Below, piece by piece: positions 8,326 through 16,489 of a DNA stretch of 18,289 nt (its first letter is position 1; each line of letters opens with the position of its first letter). Under the pieces are notes generated by a model, which was given only the letters and a program-made list of their open reading frames with translations, made no database searches and was not told where the DNA came from. Both the position numbers and the translations under genes were made by a program. The DNA comes from Promethearchaeota archaeon (GTDB taxonomy: Archaea; Asgardarchaeota; Lokiarchaeia; Sigyniarchaeales; SOKP01): contig JAEOTS010000119.1 of the NCBI GenBank assembly GCA_016839745.1, positions 1 to 18,289 on the forward strand. Reading direction: 5' to 3'.

Positions 8326-8435
8326 CTCCTTTTATATCTAGAGATAAATATGAGTCATTTTGAATAAATATTTTTTAACATTAAATATTAAAAATTTGAC
8401 GAATTATAAGAGTATAATAAATATAATAACTACTC

Positions 8436-8440
8436 GAGGA
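8436..8440 (+). promoter_or_regulatory. Shine-Dalgarno-like GAGGA for sufC
   Basis: GAGGA lies 7 nt upstream of TTG 8448. Confidence 0.5.
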
Positions 8441-8447
8441 TTATTAA

Positions 8448-9245
8448 TTGTTATTAGAACTTAAGGGAGTAACAATTCCAACTTTTGACCAGAAGTGCGT
8501 TATTGTAAATGAGGTTTCTTTTGGGATTAAGGAGGGTTCGATTCACGCTATCATAGGACCAAACGGTTCCGGTAAATCGACTTTAGCATATGCCATTATG
8601 GGATTAGGGGATTATATAGCGTTAAAAGGAAAGATATACTTTGATGGAATTGATATTACTAATTTGAATATAACTGAAAGAGCAAAACTTGGAATTACTT
8701 TAGCATGGCAAGAACCCGCGAGAATTGATGGTTTATCTGTGTATAAATATATTTCTTTAGGTATGAAAAATAAATCAAAAATGAGAGAAAATGTTCTTGA
8801 AGTTTTAAAGATTGTCAATTTAGAACCCGAAAGGTATTATAACAGAACTATTGATGAATCACTAAGCGGAGGAGAAAGAAAGAGAGTAGAATTAGCTGCA
8901 GCTATCGCGATGAAGCCCCGCCTAATTATATTGGACGAACCTGACAGCGGTTTGGATTTTATCGTGCTGGAGGATTTTATGAATATTTTTGAAAAAATAA
9001 AAAAGCTAAACATGACGATCTTATTGATAACTCATCGCGAAGACATTGGAATGGTAGCGGATTATGGAACATTGTTATGGCGTGGCGACCATATTATTAC
9101 TGATGTGTTTCCGAAGGTGATGGTTAGATATTGTGCTAAAGCAGGACTTAAAGAGTTTTGCAAAAGAACTTTGTTCAAAAATGGAGCAGTATGCTTTGAT
9201 GACGATTATATTGATAGAATATTCAGAGAAGAGAACTTGTCATGA
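8448..9245 (+). CDS. sufC: Fe-S assembly ABC ATPase, SufC-like (SmsC type)
   Basis: Walker A GPNGSGKST, RAKLGITLAWQEP, signature LSGGE, Walker B ILDEPDSGLD and H-loop ITH. C-terminal Cys229/238/249. ATGA overlap with the downstream SufB/D-like gene. Confidence 0.9.
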   Translation: MLLELKGVTIPTFDQKCVIVNEVSFGIKEGSIHAIIGPNGSGKSTLAYAIMGLGDYIALKGKIYFDGIDITNLNITERAKLGITLAWQEPARIDGLSVYKYISLGMKNKSKMRENVLEVLKIVNLEPERYYNRTIDESLSGGERKRVELAAAIAMKPRLIILDEPDSGLDFIVLEDFMNIFEKIKKLNMTILLITHREDIGMVADYGTLLWRGDHIITDVFPKVMVRYCAKAGLKEFCKRTLFKNGAVCFDDDYIDRIFREENLS

Positions 9246-10213
9246 AAAATAGCGATTATCCTGAAGATATATTACAAAGTCTTGAAGAATATAACTTAGA
9301 TATTCGAAACTTTTTACCTGGTCACGGCAAAGGCGCTAAACTATTATTAGATTTTAACAAAATATCCGGTATCGAACAATTTGAGGGTATAGTATTAAAG
9401 GCACGCGAAATTCCTAATGGAATAGTTGCTGATGTCGTTATAAAAGAAGGAACGAAGCTTGAAGAACCCATTCACTTATGTTTTGGAGTAAATAAGGAGA
9501 CCGGAGTTCAAGAGATTTTTCCAAGAATTATAGCCGAAGATAATACAGATGTAAAAATTCAAGCTCACTGTAGCTTTCCAAATGCAAATGGGTTAATTCA
9601 TAAAATGTTTGGTCATTATTACATAGGGGAAAATTGTAACTTTACATATAGTGAAACTCATTACCATGGTGAAAAGAGTGGGGCTTTAGTTGCTCCAGTA
9701 AGCTATATATATGTTGGAGAAAATAGCGTCTTCGAAAATAAATTTTATCTTACTAAAGGAACACCTGGTAGAGTTAAAATATTAATTGACATTTACGCAA
9801 TGAAGGATAGCGTTATTAGATCAAATGTTAAAGCTTTTGGAAAAAGTATTAAAGACTCTATAAGAATTCGAGATTCAGTTTTTCTTGAAGGTGAAAATGC
9901 TAGAAGCGTTATTAAAATGAAAGCTGCCGCTAAGGATGGAGGGGAAGTTTTAATGTACGGAGTTACAGAAGGAAATGCACCTCATTGTAACGGGCATGTT
10001 GAATGTAGTGAGATTGTTCTTGGGCGTGGTTCAATATGTAGAGCTCGTCCTTTTATTAGAGCTATCGACCCAACTTCAAGCGTTTCGCACGAAGCTTCTT
10101 TAGGAAGGTTTCCACAAAAATGGCTAGATGAGCTTATGGCCAAGGGTTTATCCGAGGAAGAAGCAACAGACACTCTTATTGAAGCAATGCTTCAAGAGGA
10201 AGAAATTAAATAA
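9242..10213 (+). CDS. sufB: SufB/SufD-family Fe-S scaffold (SmsB type)
   Basis: PIHLCFG, AHCSFPNA, YSETHYHG, GHVEC.EIV and the terminal SHEASLG....LDELMAKGLSEEEA motif. Translationally coupled to sufC. Confidence 0.88.
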   Translation: MKNSDYPEDILQSLEEYNLDIRNFLPGHGKGAKLLLDFNKISGIEQFEGIVLKAREIPNGIVADVVIKEGTKLEEPIHLCFGVNKETGVQEIFPRIIAEDNTDVKIQAHCSFPNANGLIHKMFGHYYIGENCNFTYSETHYHGEKSGALVAPVSYIYVGENSVFENKFYLTKGTPGRVKILIDIYAMKDSVIRSNVKAFGKSIKDSIRIRDSVFLEGENARSVIKMKAAAKDGGEVLMYGVTEGNAPHCNGHVECSEIVLGRGSICRARPFIRAIDPTSSVSHEASLGRFPQKWLDELMAKGLSEEEATDTLIEAMLQEEEIK

Positions 10214-10240
10214 TGTAAGATAAATTAAAAATAAAAAATA

Positions 10241-10771
10241 GTGAAAAAAAAAATGAGTAAGAATAAAATAAAGGAAGGAGATGAAGCTCCTTTATTCAAA
10301 ATTGATTCCTACAATGCTGGAACAATTGAATTAGGAGATTTAATAGGAAAGGAAAAGATTATTTTAATTTTCTCAAGATATTTTGGATGTCCAATTTGTC
10401 AATTGGATTTGAATTTATTAATGGAAAAAGTCCCTGAAATAAGAAATAAAGGAGCTAAATTGCTTTATGTAACCCAATCTGGTGAAAAAGTCGCTAAAGA
10501 TTTTATTGAAAAATATAAAATTGACTTTCCTGTAATACCTTCAACGAAAGACGAGTTATACGCAGAATACGGATTAGGATTAATGACCGCAGGAGCAGTA
10601 ACAAAAGTTAGAAGCAAATTGAAAGAAGCAATAAACTTAGGGCTTCAACACGGTGAGTATGAAGGTTGGGAGAAACAGGGTCCAGGACAATTTGTCATTG
10701 ACGAACAAGGAATCATAATTCATGAAAGAAAAGGATGGCTATTGCTCCCAGAAATACTTGAAGTTTTATAG
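10241..10771 (+). CDS. Peroxiredoxin-like / AhpC-TSA (redoxin) family protein with CxxC
   Basis: GDEAPLF N-terminus, LIFSRYFGCPIC, FPVI...LY..YGL and QGPGQFVIDEQGII. The start may be ATG 10253. Confidence 0.85.
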   Translation: MKKKMSKNKIKEGDEAPLFKIDSYNAGTIELGDLIGKEKIILIFSRYFGCPICQLDLNLLMEKVPEIRNKGAKLLYVTQSGEKVAKDFIEKYKIDFPVIPSTKDELYAEYGLGLMTAGAVTKVRSKLKEAINLGLQHGEYEGWEKQGPGQFVIDEQGIIIHERKGWLLLPEILEVL

Positions 10772-10825
10772 GGGAAATTAAATTATAAATTTTTATATAT
10801 TTATGTCAGAAGAAAGGAGGAAAGA

Positions 10826-11470
10826 ATGAAAGAGAACACAAAATACCAGAATTATCGTTTTAGAGGGAAAATAAAAGTCGACGAGATAGAACCTTGGTTT
10901 GACTTTGGGACAATGCAACCCTGGGATCAGTTAGAAGTTCCATGGGTGTTAGAAAATAAGGTAAGACGAGAAATTCTAATTTCACTCGCCAAAAGTCCAA
11001 AAATTTTCGAGGAATTATATGAAAATCTAAATTTTTCACCTAAGCCTCTATTAATATCGAAAGAAGAGTATGAATGTAAGCTAAAATATCAATGGAGTAA
11101 AGAAGCAATCAAAAATCACTTATTAAATTTAGAATGGTACAATTTAGTTAAATTACAAGAAGACAAATATATGATAACTTTTCCAATATTTACCATGGAA
11201 AGCTTAAACGATATGGAAGAATATATTTTAAAATTTGCGGATAGTTGGGTAAAAATAATTAACGATACTAAGGAAGAAGTTAAAAAGAAACTAAATACCT
11301 ACGAAAAAAACCCAAATCTATATGGTATTTTAATCGAGAAAGCACTCGAGAAACTTTATGAGCTTTTAAAAAACCAAAACCTGCTTCCTGACGAACCTAA
11401 TATCAAAATACTTTGGGCAGAACAACTCAGAAAGATTAAATTTGAAGATTGGCTTGAAAAGCACTTTTAA
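10826..11470 (+). CDS. Hypothetical protein with an ArsR-like winged-helix region
   Basis: VLENKVRREILISLAKSPKIFEEL...SKEAIKNHLLNLEWYNLV resembles ArsR/wHTH helices. SD-like AAGGAGG at 10814-10820. Confidence 0.65.
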   Translation: MKENTKYQNYRFRGKIKVDEIEPWFDFGTMQPWDQLEVPWVLENKVRREILISLAKSPKIFEELYENLNFSPKPLLISKEEYECKLKYQWSKEAIKNHLLNLEWYNLVKLQEDKYMITFPIFTMESLNDMEEYILKFADSWVKIINDTKEEVKKKLNTYEKNPNLYGILIEKALEKLYELLKNQNLLPDEPNIKILWAEQLRKIKFEDWLEKHF

Positions 11471-11753
11471 TCTTCTTAAAAATAACATTCTTATCATAAC
11501 TAAATAGGCAGGTTTTTTACATTTTTAAACTTAGTTTTCTTATAGTTTGATAAAACTAATTTATTTTTAGACAGATTTTGCTGAGATCAAATTAGTCGGC
11601 TAATTAACTATATAAAGGTATTACCTGCATACTACTCATTTTCAAAAGAAGAAGGATTCTGATTTCTATATATATGTAGATATTTCAAGGCAATTATCTG
11701 AATATCTGCAAAAAGAGAACACATCAAATTTAAAATTCTGCAGGTTACCGATA

Positions 11754-12017
11754 ATGATAACGTCGAGGTTAAATGATTCAGAACCCATTCTCAATCTTAA
11801 GGATTTGTTTTACGATGAAGAAGTAAAAGAAGAACTTAAAGCTAAAATAAATCATCTACCGGAAAAAAGCAAGAGGTCAAATTATAAATTGCTCCAAGAG
11901 ATTCAAATGGTTCTACAAAGATGTACTCACTTAACGGAAAAGCAAAGACTAATGTATTGTGAGAGTCAAAGATATTTTATGAAGCAATACCTACGGGAAA
12001 TGAATAAACAACCTTGA
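11754..12017 (+). CDS. Hypothetical small helical protein
   Basis: 87-aa ATG ORF in otherwise non-coding space, with protein-like composition. It converges on the vWA gene with a 3-nt gap. No motif recognised. Confidence 0.55.
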   Translation: MITSRLNDSEPILNLKDLFYDEEVKEELKAKINHLPEKSKRSNYKLLQEIQMVLQRCTHLTEKQRLMYCESQRYFMKQYLREMNKQP

Positions 12018-12020
12018 AAA

Positions 12021-13751
12021 TCACTCCACATAGTATTTTTTTACCTCTTCTATAACTAAATTGATTAAATCTTTACTATTTTTAATTGCGTAAAATGTTA
12101 CTTTTTCCAATAAGTCTTTAAACTTATCTTTAGGTATTTTAGAGGCTCCAATAAAGAATCCAACGATTTTATGCCCTTTATTAGATAAATTTAGAAGCAA
12201 CTTTTTTGCACTGTTCCAATTGTAAATTCCGAAATCAGTTATAATAAAGATTAATGTTTCTCTTTCTGATTTCTCACACTGTTTAACTATCGCTTTTATT
12301 GGTAATTGTGTTCCTCCTCCTTGATATCTTAATAGGATTCGTTCTGCTTTTTGGTATTTATCTGTCCAATCGCATATATCTGCTCGATTAGAAAAATTTA
12401 TAACGCTAAATTTAACTCCTTTATTGGCAGCAAAATGGAGTGCAGCAAAGGATGCCAATAAAGCAGTGTGGTAAACACCACTAGCTTTCCTTGCTAAATA
12501 ATTCCATTTCATAGAACCGGAAGAATCAAGAACAAGAAGTAAATCGGGGATTTGTTTTTCTATTAAATGTCCTTCACCTATTTTCTTTGCCCATTTTCGC
12601 GTAGTTATATTTGGAATAATTATAGGGCTACTTAAAACGGTTTGAACAATATCCAACTCTTCTAAAGGTTCTCCAATACGCCAAACTTCGGGATAAATAG
12701 GTAGTTGACCTCCCGGTTTTTCTTCGTAGATTTTAATCTGAATCAAATCTTTAGCTAATCCTCTGTACCACATAGCTAAAGGATTACCATCAACAATTAT
12801 TCCCGCTTGTCCTGCTGGAGCTCCAAATTCAGAATATGGTGTTTTTCTTGCGAATTCTTCCGCCTTTTGTCTTAATTCGTCGTCGTTATCCTCTTTCAAT
12901 TTATCTCGATTCTTGTTTTCTAGAGGATTATCCATGATCTCTAAAATTTCTTCTGGAAATTCCACATTAGTACCACTTCTTCCTTGAGATTTTCGATTAG
13001 CTTTACCATCGCTGTTTTGTGTACTTGAGCCAACTAATGTAAATGTATTGTTCACAAGTGTTTTCAGATGATATGCGATTCTAGAAACTTTATCTTCCCA
13101 AAGGGTCTCGTCTTCGAAATTCTTTTTCACCACATTCACTACCTTGTTTGCTACACTTTCCACGCTAGAGAGTAAATCATCATCAGCTAGTTTAATGTCC
13201 AAAAGTTTTTCATAACACCGAAATAGAAATTTTGAGAACTCACTTAGTTTATTTTTGTTTTTTTCTAACAAGTGATTATAGGTTTTAATAAGTTCCCAAG
13301 AGATTAGATCTGGGTTTTTTTTATGAAGTATAGCATCAATAACAAAATCTGCGAAAATGTTAACTACAATGGGAGCAAAATTCTCGTTTACATAAATCAT
13401 AGCAGCTTTTAACAGTTTCGCATTAATTAAACCGTCATATGGTACAATTTGGTAGTGAGAAACTTCATGAAGAGATATAGCGTAAAAATAGTTTAGATAA
13501 TCTTGATCTTCTATGAAGATAGGTGTGTTCGCTAAGTTCATAGTAATTTTCCACTTATCTTGAGGATCGATATAAAAACCCTCCAAATTTGAGTAATCAA
13601 ATAAGAAATTAGGGATATCTAAGGGAGGGAAAAAAAATTCCTTTTGTGTTCGAGACCATGCGGTTTTCGCCAATTCGATAATATTTTGTTCCCTTAGAGT
13701 TAATTTCTTTTTAGTTACGCTTCTTATCTTAGTTTTTCTAGTTTTTACCAT
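12021..13751 (-). CDS. vWA-domain protein with an N-terminal HEXXH metallopeptidase-like domain (MoxR partner)
   Basis: LHEVSH at 13455-13469 followed by NIFADFVID. MIDAS motif LVLDSSGSM at 12513-12527, plus GGT and IITD. Lies 17 nt downstream of the MoxR gene. Confidence 0.88.
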   Translation of the reverse strand: MVKTRKTKIRSVTKKKLTLREQNIIELAKTAWSRTQKEFFFPPLDIPNFLFDYSNLEGFYIDPQDKWKITMNLANTPIFIEDQDYLNYFYAISLHEVSHYQIVPYDGLINAKLLKAAMIYVNENFAPIVVNIFADFVIDAILHKKNPDLISWELIKTYNHLLEKNKNKLSEFSKFLFRCYEKLLDIKLADDDLLSSVESVANKVVNVVKKNFEDETLWEDKVSRIAYHLKTLVNNTFTLVGSSTQNSDGKANRKSQGRSGTNVEFPEEILEIMDNPLENKNRDKLKEDNDDELRQKAEEFARKTPYSEFGAPAGQAGIIVDGNPLAMWYRGLAKDLIQIKIYEEKPGGQLPIYPEVWRIGEPLEELDIVQTVLSSPIIIPNITTRKWAKKIGEGHLIEKQIPDLLLVLDSSGSMKWNYLARKASGVYHTALLASFAALHFAANKGVKFSVINFSNRADICDWTDKYQKAERILLRYQGGGTQLPIKAIVKQCEKSERETLIFIITDFGIYNWNSAKKLLLNLSNKGHKIVGFFIGASKIPKDKFKDLLEKVTFYAIKNSKDLINLVIEEVKKYYVE

Positions 13752-13768
13752 CTCGAAATTACGCTTTG

Positions 13769-15496
13769 TTACTCCTCCTTTTGAATGTAGTCTATTTTAT
13801 CTAAAATATCTCTCAATTTTAAAGCTTCAGAGCCTCCTGAAATTTGTATATTAACTAGAGAATCGTTATTTGTTCCAGTAACATTTATCTCAATGAGCAA
13901 ATCCTCTGTTCTAATTTGTTTAGTTTGCCTTCTTTTGAAAGCTTCTTGTAAGGATTTGTCTAATTTGGGAAATTCGCTAGCAATATCTGCCCAGACTTCT
14001 TTATGATTCATGTATTTAAAAAGATAATCGGTAACTGTTTGTCTATATAACTCTTGATTACAATAATTAATTAAATAAGCTCTGTTAGGGAAATCAATGT
14101 CCTCAATCAAATCATTTCGAATACTTGCAAGTGCACTGATATTTCCACTCTTTGAAGAATTTTTTATCCTCTGGGCGAGTTTTGAATATTTTTTATCTTT
14201 TATGGAATTAACAAAAGGTAGTAAATCGTTTTTAACAATCAAATCGTTTTTCTCGTAATTCTTTAAGGTAGTTAAATCATCATCTTTAGATTCACCATCC
14301 CTAAATCTCTCAGCTATTTGATAACATACTTCTCGATTAATATATCGTTTCTGAATTAAATTTAGTACATTCTTTGAAAACTCGTATGGGTTTCCCCAAT
14401 ATGGCGATTTTTCTAATTCTCTTCTTGAATAAATAACTCTATGAGAAATTACATAGGGTGCTATTGTATTTACCAGATTAATGTCAACATGATTAAGATT
14501 TAATAACCAAGTTAAAGCTTTCGAATATCTTAAAAGATCTTTAGCTACTCTTACGCTTAATATGGTTTCGATTTTATTACAAACATTCTGGTTTGTATTA
14601 AAGTGACATCCCGAGCATAATCCGGAACTTGGTCTGAGATTTTCAGAACTCCCCTTATCTACTCTCACACATAATGTAAAATCTCTGATAATCGCGTGGA
14701 TATAATTATTTACTTCCGAGTCGAAGGGAATCTTATTTACATAATACCAAATTTCCATTAACTCATCAATTGTTAATATTTTTGGCACTTGAATCAGCTC
14801 GTCATAACCACTATACTTTTCGTCTTTACCAGTTAAAATCAATTCTAAATCGTGACTAGTAGGCATTACAATTGGGATTGAAATTCCAAACCTATCTAGA
14901 AAGGGATGCGATAATTCAAATGTTCCAACATCTTGAGGATTGATTGTTGCATATAAACAATATTTATCAACAGTTTTGATCTCATCGTAATATTTGATAG
15001 ATCCTTCGGCTAAGAGAGATAAAAGAATATCTTGAGCGTATGGAGTTAAACGGTTGACTTCATCAATGATTTTCCAAAAATGTGTAACAAATTGTCTCCA
15101 TACAACTTCCTCTTCCCCATCATGCATTAACTTCCCAAGTTTAAGAGTTCCAACCAATTTTTCCTCAGTTAGTTGAGGATGGCCTCTAATAATTGAATTT
15201 TCAATCTCATTTAGCGAATCTCCAGTAAACATGCGTCCTAAAAGCTTTGTAAGACTCGTTTTCCCTCCCCCATGTCCACCAACTAATAACATTGCTGAAT
15301 TAGGAACCAGTGCATTTAATACGCATATAGACAATATTTCTGGTAGTGTTTTTGTATTAACTTTTTGAGTCTCTTCATTAAAATATTTAATTTCCAAATT
15401 CTTAGAATGGACAAATAATTGATTCGCTTGAGTTAGATTAATTATCTTCCAAATTTTCTTCCTTAATAACTCTTCTTCTGCTATTTTTGTCGACAT
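13769..15496 (-). CDS. MoxR-family AAA+ ATPase with a Cys4 insertion and a C-terminal extension
   Basis: Walker A GGHGGGKT, Walker B IIDEVNR, Q..LLSLL.EG, ATINP, FLDRF and sensor-2-like SVR. Confidence 0.9.
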   Translation of the reverse strand: MSTKIAEEELLRKKIWKIINLTQANQLFVHSKNLEIKYFNEETQKVNTKTLPEILSICVLNALVPNSAMLLVGGHGGGKTSLTKLLGRMFTGDSLNEIENSIIRGHPQLTEEKLVGTLKLGKLMHDGEEEVVWRQFVTHFWKIIDEVNRLTPYAQDILLSLLAEGSIKYYDEIKTVDKYCLYATINPQDVGTFELSHPFLDRFGISIPIVMPTSHDLELILTGKDEKYSGYDELIQVPKILTIDELMEIWYYVNKIPFDSEVNNYIHAIIRDFTLCVRVDKGSSENLRPSSGLCSGCHFNTNQNVCNKIETILSVRVAKDLLRYSKALTWLLNLNHVDINLVNTIAPYVISHRVIYSRRELEKSPYWGNPYEFSKNVLNLIQKRYINREVCYQIAERFRDGESKDDDLTTLKNYEKNDLIVKNDLLPFVNSIKDKKYSKLAQRIKNSSKSGNISALASIRNDLIEDIDFPNRAYLINYCNQELYRQTVTDYLFKYMNHKEVWADIASEFPKLDKSLQEAFKRRQTKQIRTEDLLIEINVTGTNNDSLVNIQISGGSEALKLRDILDKIDYIQKEE

Positions 15497-15545
15497 CTGA
15501 GGAATTCTCGTAAGATTTTTAATATTAAATAAAAATCAGTTCACT

Positions 15546-15553
15546 TATATAAA
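15546..15553 (-). promoter_or_regulatory. Candidate archaeal TATA box (TTTATATA) for the MoxR-vWA operon
   Basis: Consensus TATA element 50 nt upstream of ATG 15496. The AT-rich background limits specificity. Confidence 0.35.
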
Positions 15554-15676
15554 AATTAGTATTATTTCATTAATTTAAGGCATAAAGCCTGTGTGCGTTA
15601 GTTTTAAAGTGATGAAATACCTTAATAAAACAATAAAGTAATACCTTTCATCTGATTTTTAAATTTACGCTTAATC

Positions 15677-16030
15677 TTAAAAATACCCAATGTGACCCAA
15701 ATTATTTTCTTCTTCATCTAGGGCATAAACTAATCCCATTGAAAGTGGTTCTTCATCGGTATCTTGAGTAGATTTTGCAATTAGCTTTAATGTTTTTAAT
15801 TTTAAAATGTAAGTCCCTCCACACTTCTTACATTTAATATAGATTTTTCGAATTTGCTCCTTGTCATTTTCGATTTCTTCTTTCTTAAAGGGTTCTAGTA
15901 ATTTTGGGTCATCGTTGTCACAATTTTTTAAGAAACATTGATCTAAGGAAATCTTTTCCATTCCCCGTCGAGCTAGTGATATAAAGGCATAACTTGGGAT
16001 CTCATCTCTTAGATCTTCATCGTCATTCAT
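15677..16030 (-). CDS. Hypothetical Zn-ribbon-like protein
   Basis: 117 aa with two Cys pairs (CFLKNC and CKKCG) and a beta-strand-like pattern. Confidence 0.75.
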   Translation of the reverse strand: MNDDEDLRDEIPSYAFISLARRGMEKISLDQCFLKNCDNDDPKLLEPFKKEEIENDKEQIRKIYIKCKKCGGTYILKLKTLKLIAKSTQDTDEEPLSMGLVYALDEEENNLGHIGYF

Positions 16031-16179
16031 AATTAATAAAAAAAAATATTGTAATTAACTCTTTTTATTATTATTTATTGATCTCTCTATTTGTTTAAAT
16101 CGGTATTTATGATGATCAAGCTTAATTGTATCCAAAGATTATAAGTTCTGGAGTAACTACCATTATAAATTAATTTATT

Positions 16180-16485
16180 ATGTCGGAAAAAGAAGATTTT
16201 TCAGAAGAAACGCTGGAACATATCTCTAAATTAGCATTATTAGATTTATCGGAGGAAGAAAAAAACAAATTAGCTAAAGAATTAGGAAATATTCTTAACT
16301 ACTTCAAAAAGTTAAACGATTTAGATACTTCAGATGTTAAACCAATGACACACCCGATTGAAGGTCTTAAAAATGTCTTTAGAGAAGATATTCCTTGGAA
16401 ATCGCTTTCTAATGAAGAAGCACTGAAGAACGCTAAAAATACGAAGGATGGATATTTTAAAGCATCAAAAGTAGTAAAAAAGTAA
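16180..16485 (+). CDS. gatC: Asp-tRNA(Asn)/Glu-tRNA(Gln) amidotransferase subunit C
   Basis: HISKLALLDLSEEE...ILNYF.KLNDLDT.DVKPM.H...NVFRED...ALKNA....GYFK matches the GatC consensus. Confidence 0.95.
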   Translation: MSEKEDFSEETLEHISKLALLDLSEEEKNKLAKELGNILNYFKKLNDLDTSDVKPMTHPIEGLKNVFREDIPWKSLSNEEALKNAKNTKDGYFKASKVVKK

Positions 16486-16489
16486 TATG

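Noticed and set aside
7680-8447. CRISPR array, tRNA or IS element in the long AT-rich intergenic region
   Set aside because: No regularly spaced repeats, cloverleaf or transposase remnant is visible. The region is partly explained by the small ORF and the PAC2 pseudogene.
7020-10173. Short track ORFs 7020..7223, 7494..7682, 8612..8818 and 9982..10173
   Set aside because: Antisense shadows of PAC2, sufC and sufB.
10241-10771. Selenocysteine recoding in the redoxin or the ferredoxin
   Set aside because: The CxxC is encoded TGT-CCA-ATT-TGT, and neither gene has an in-frame TGA.
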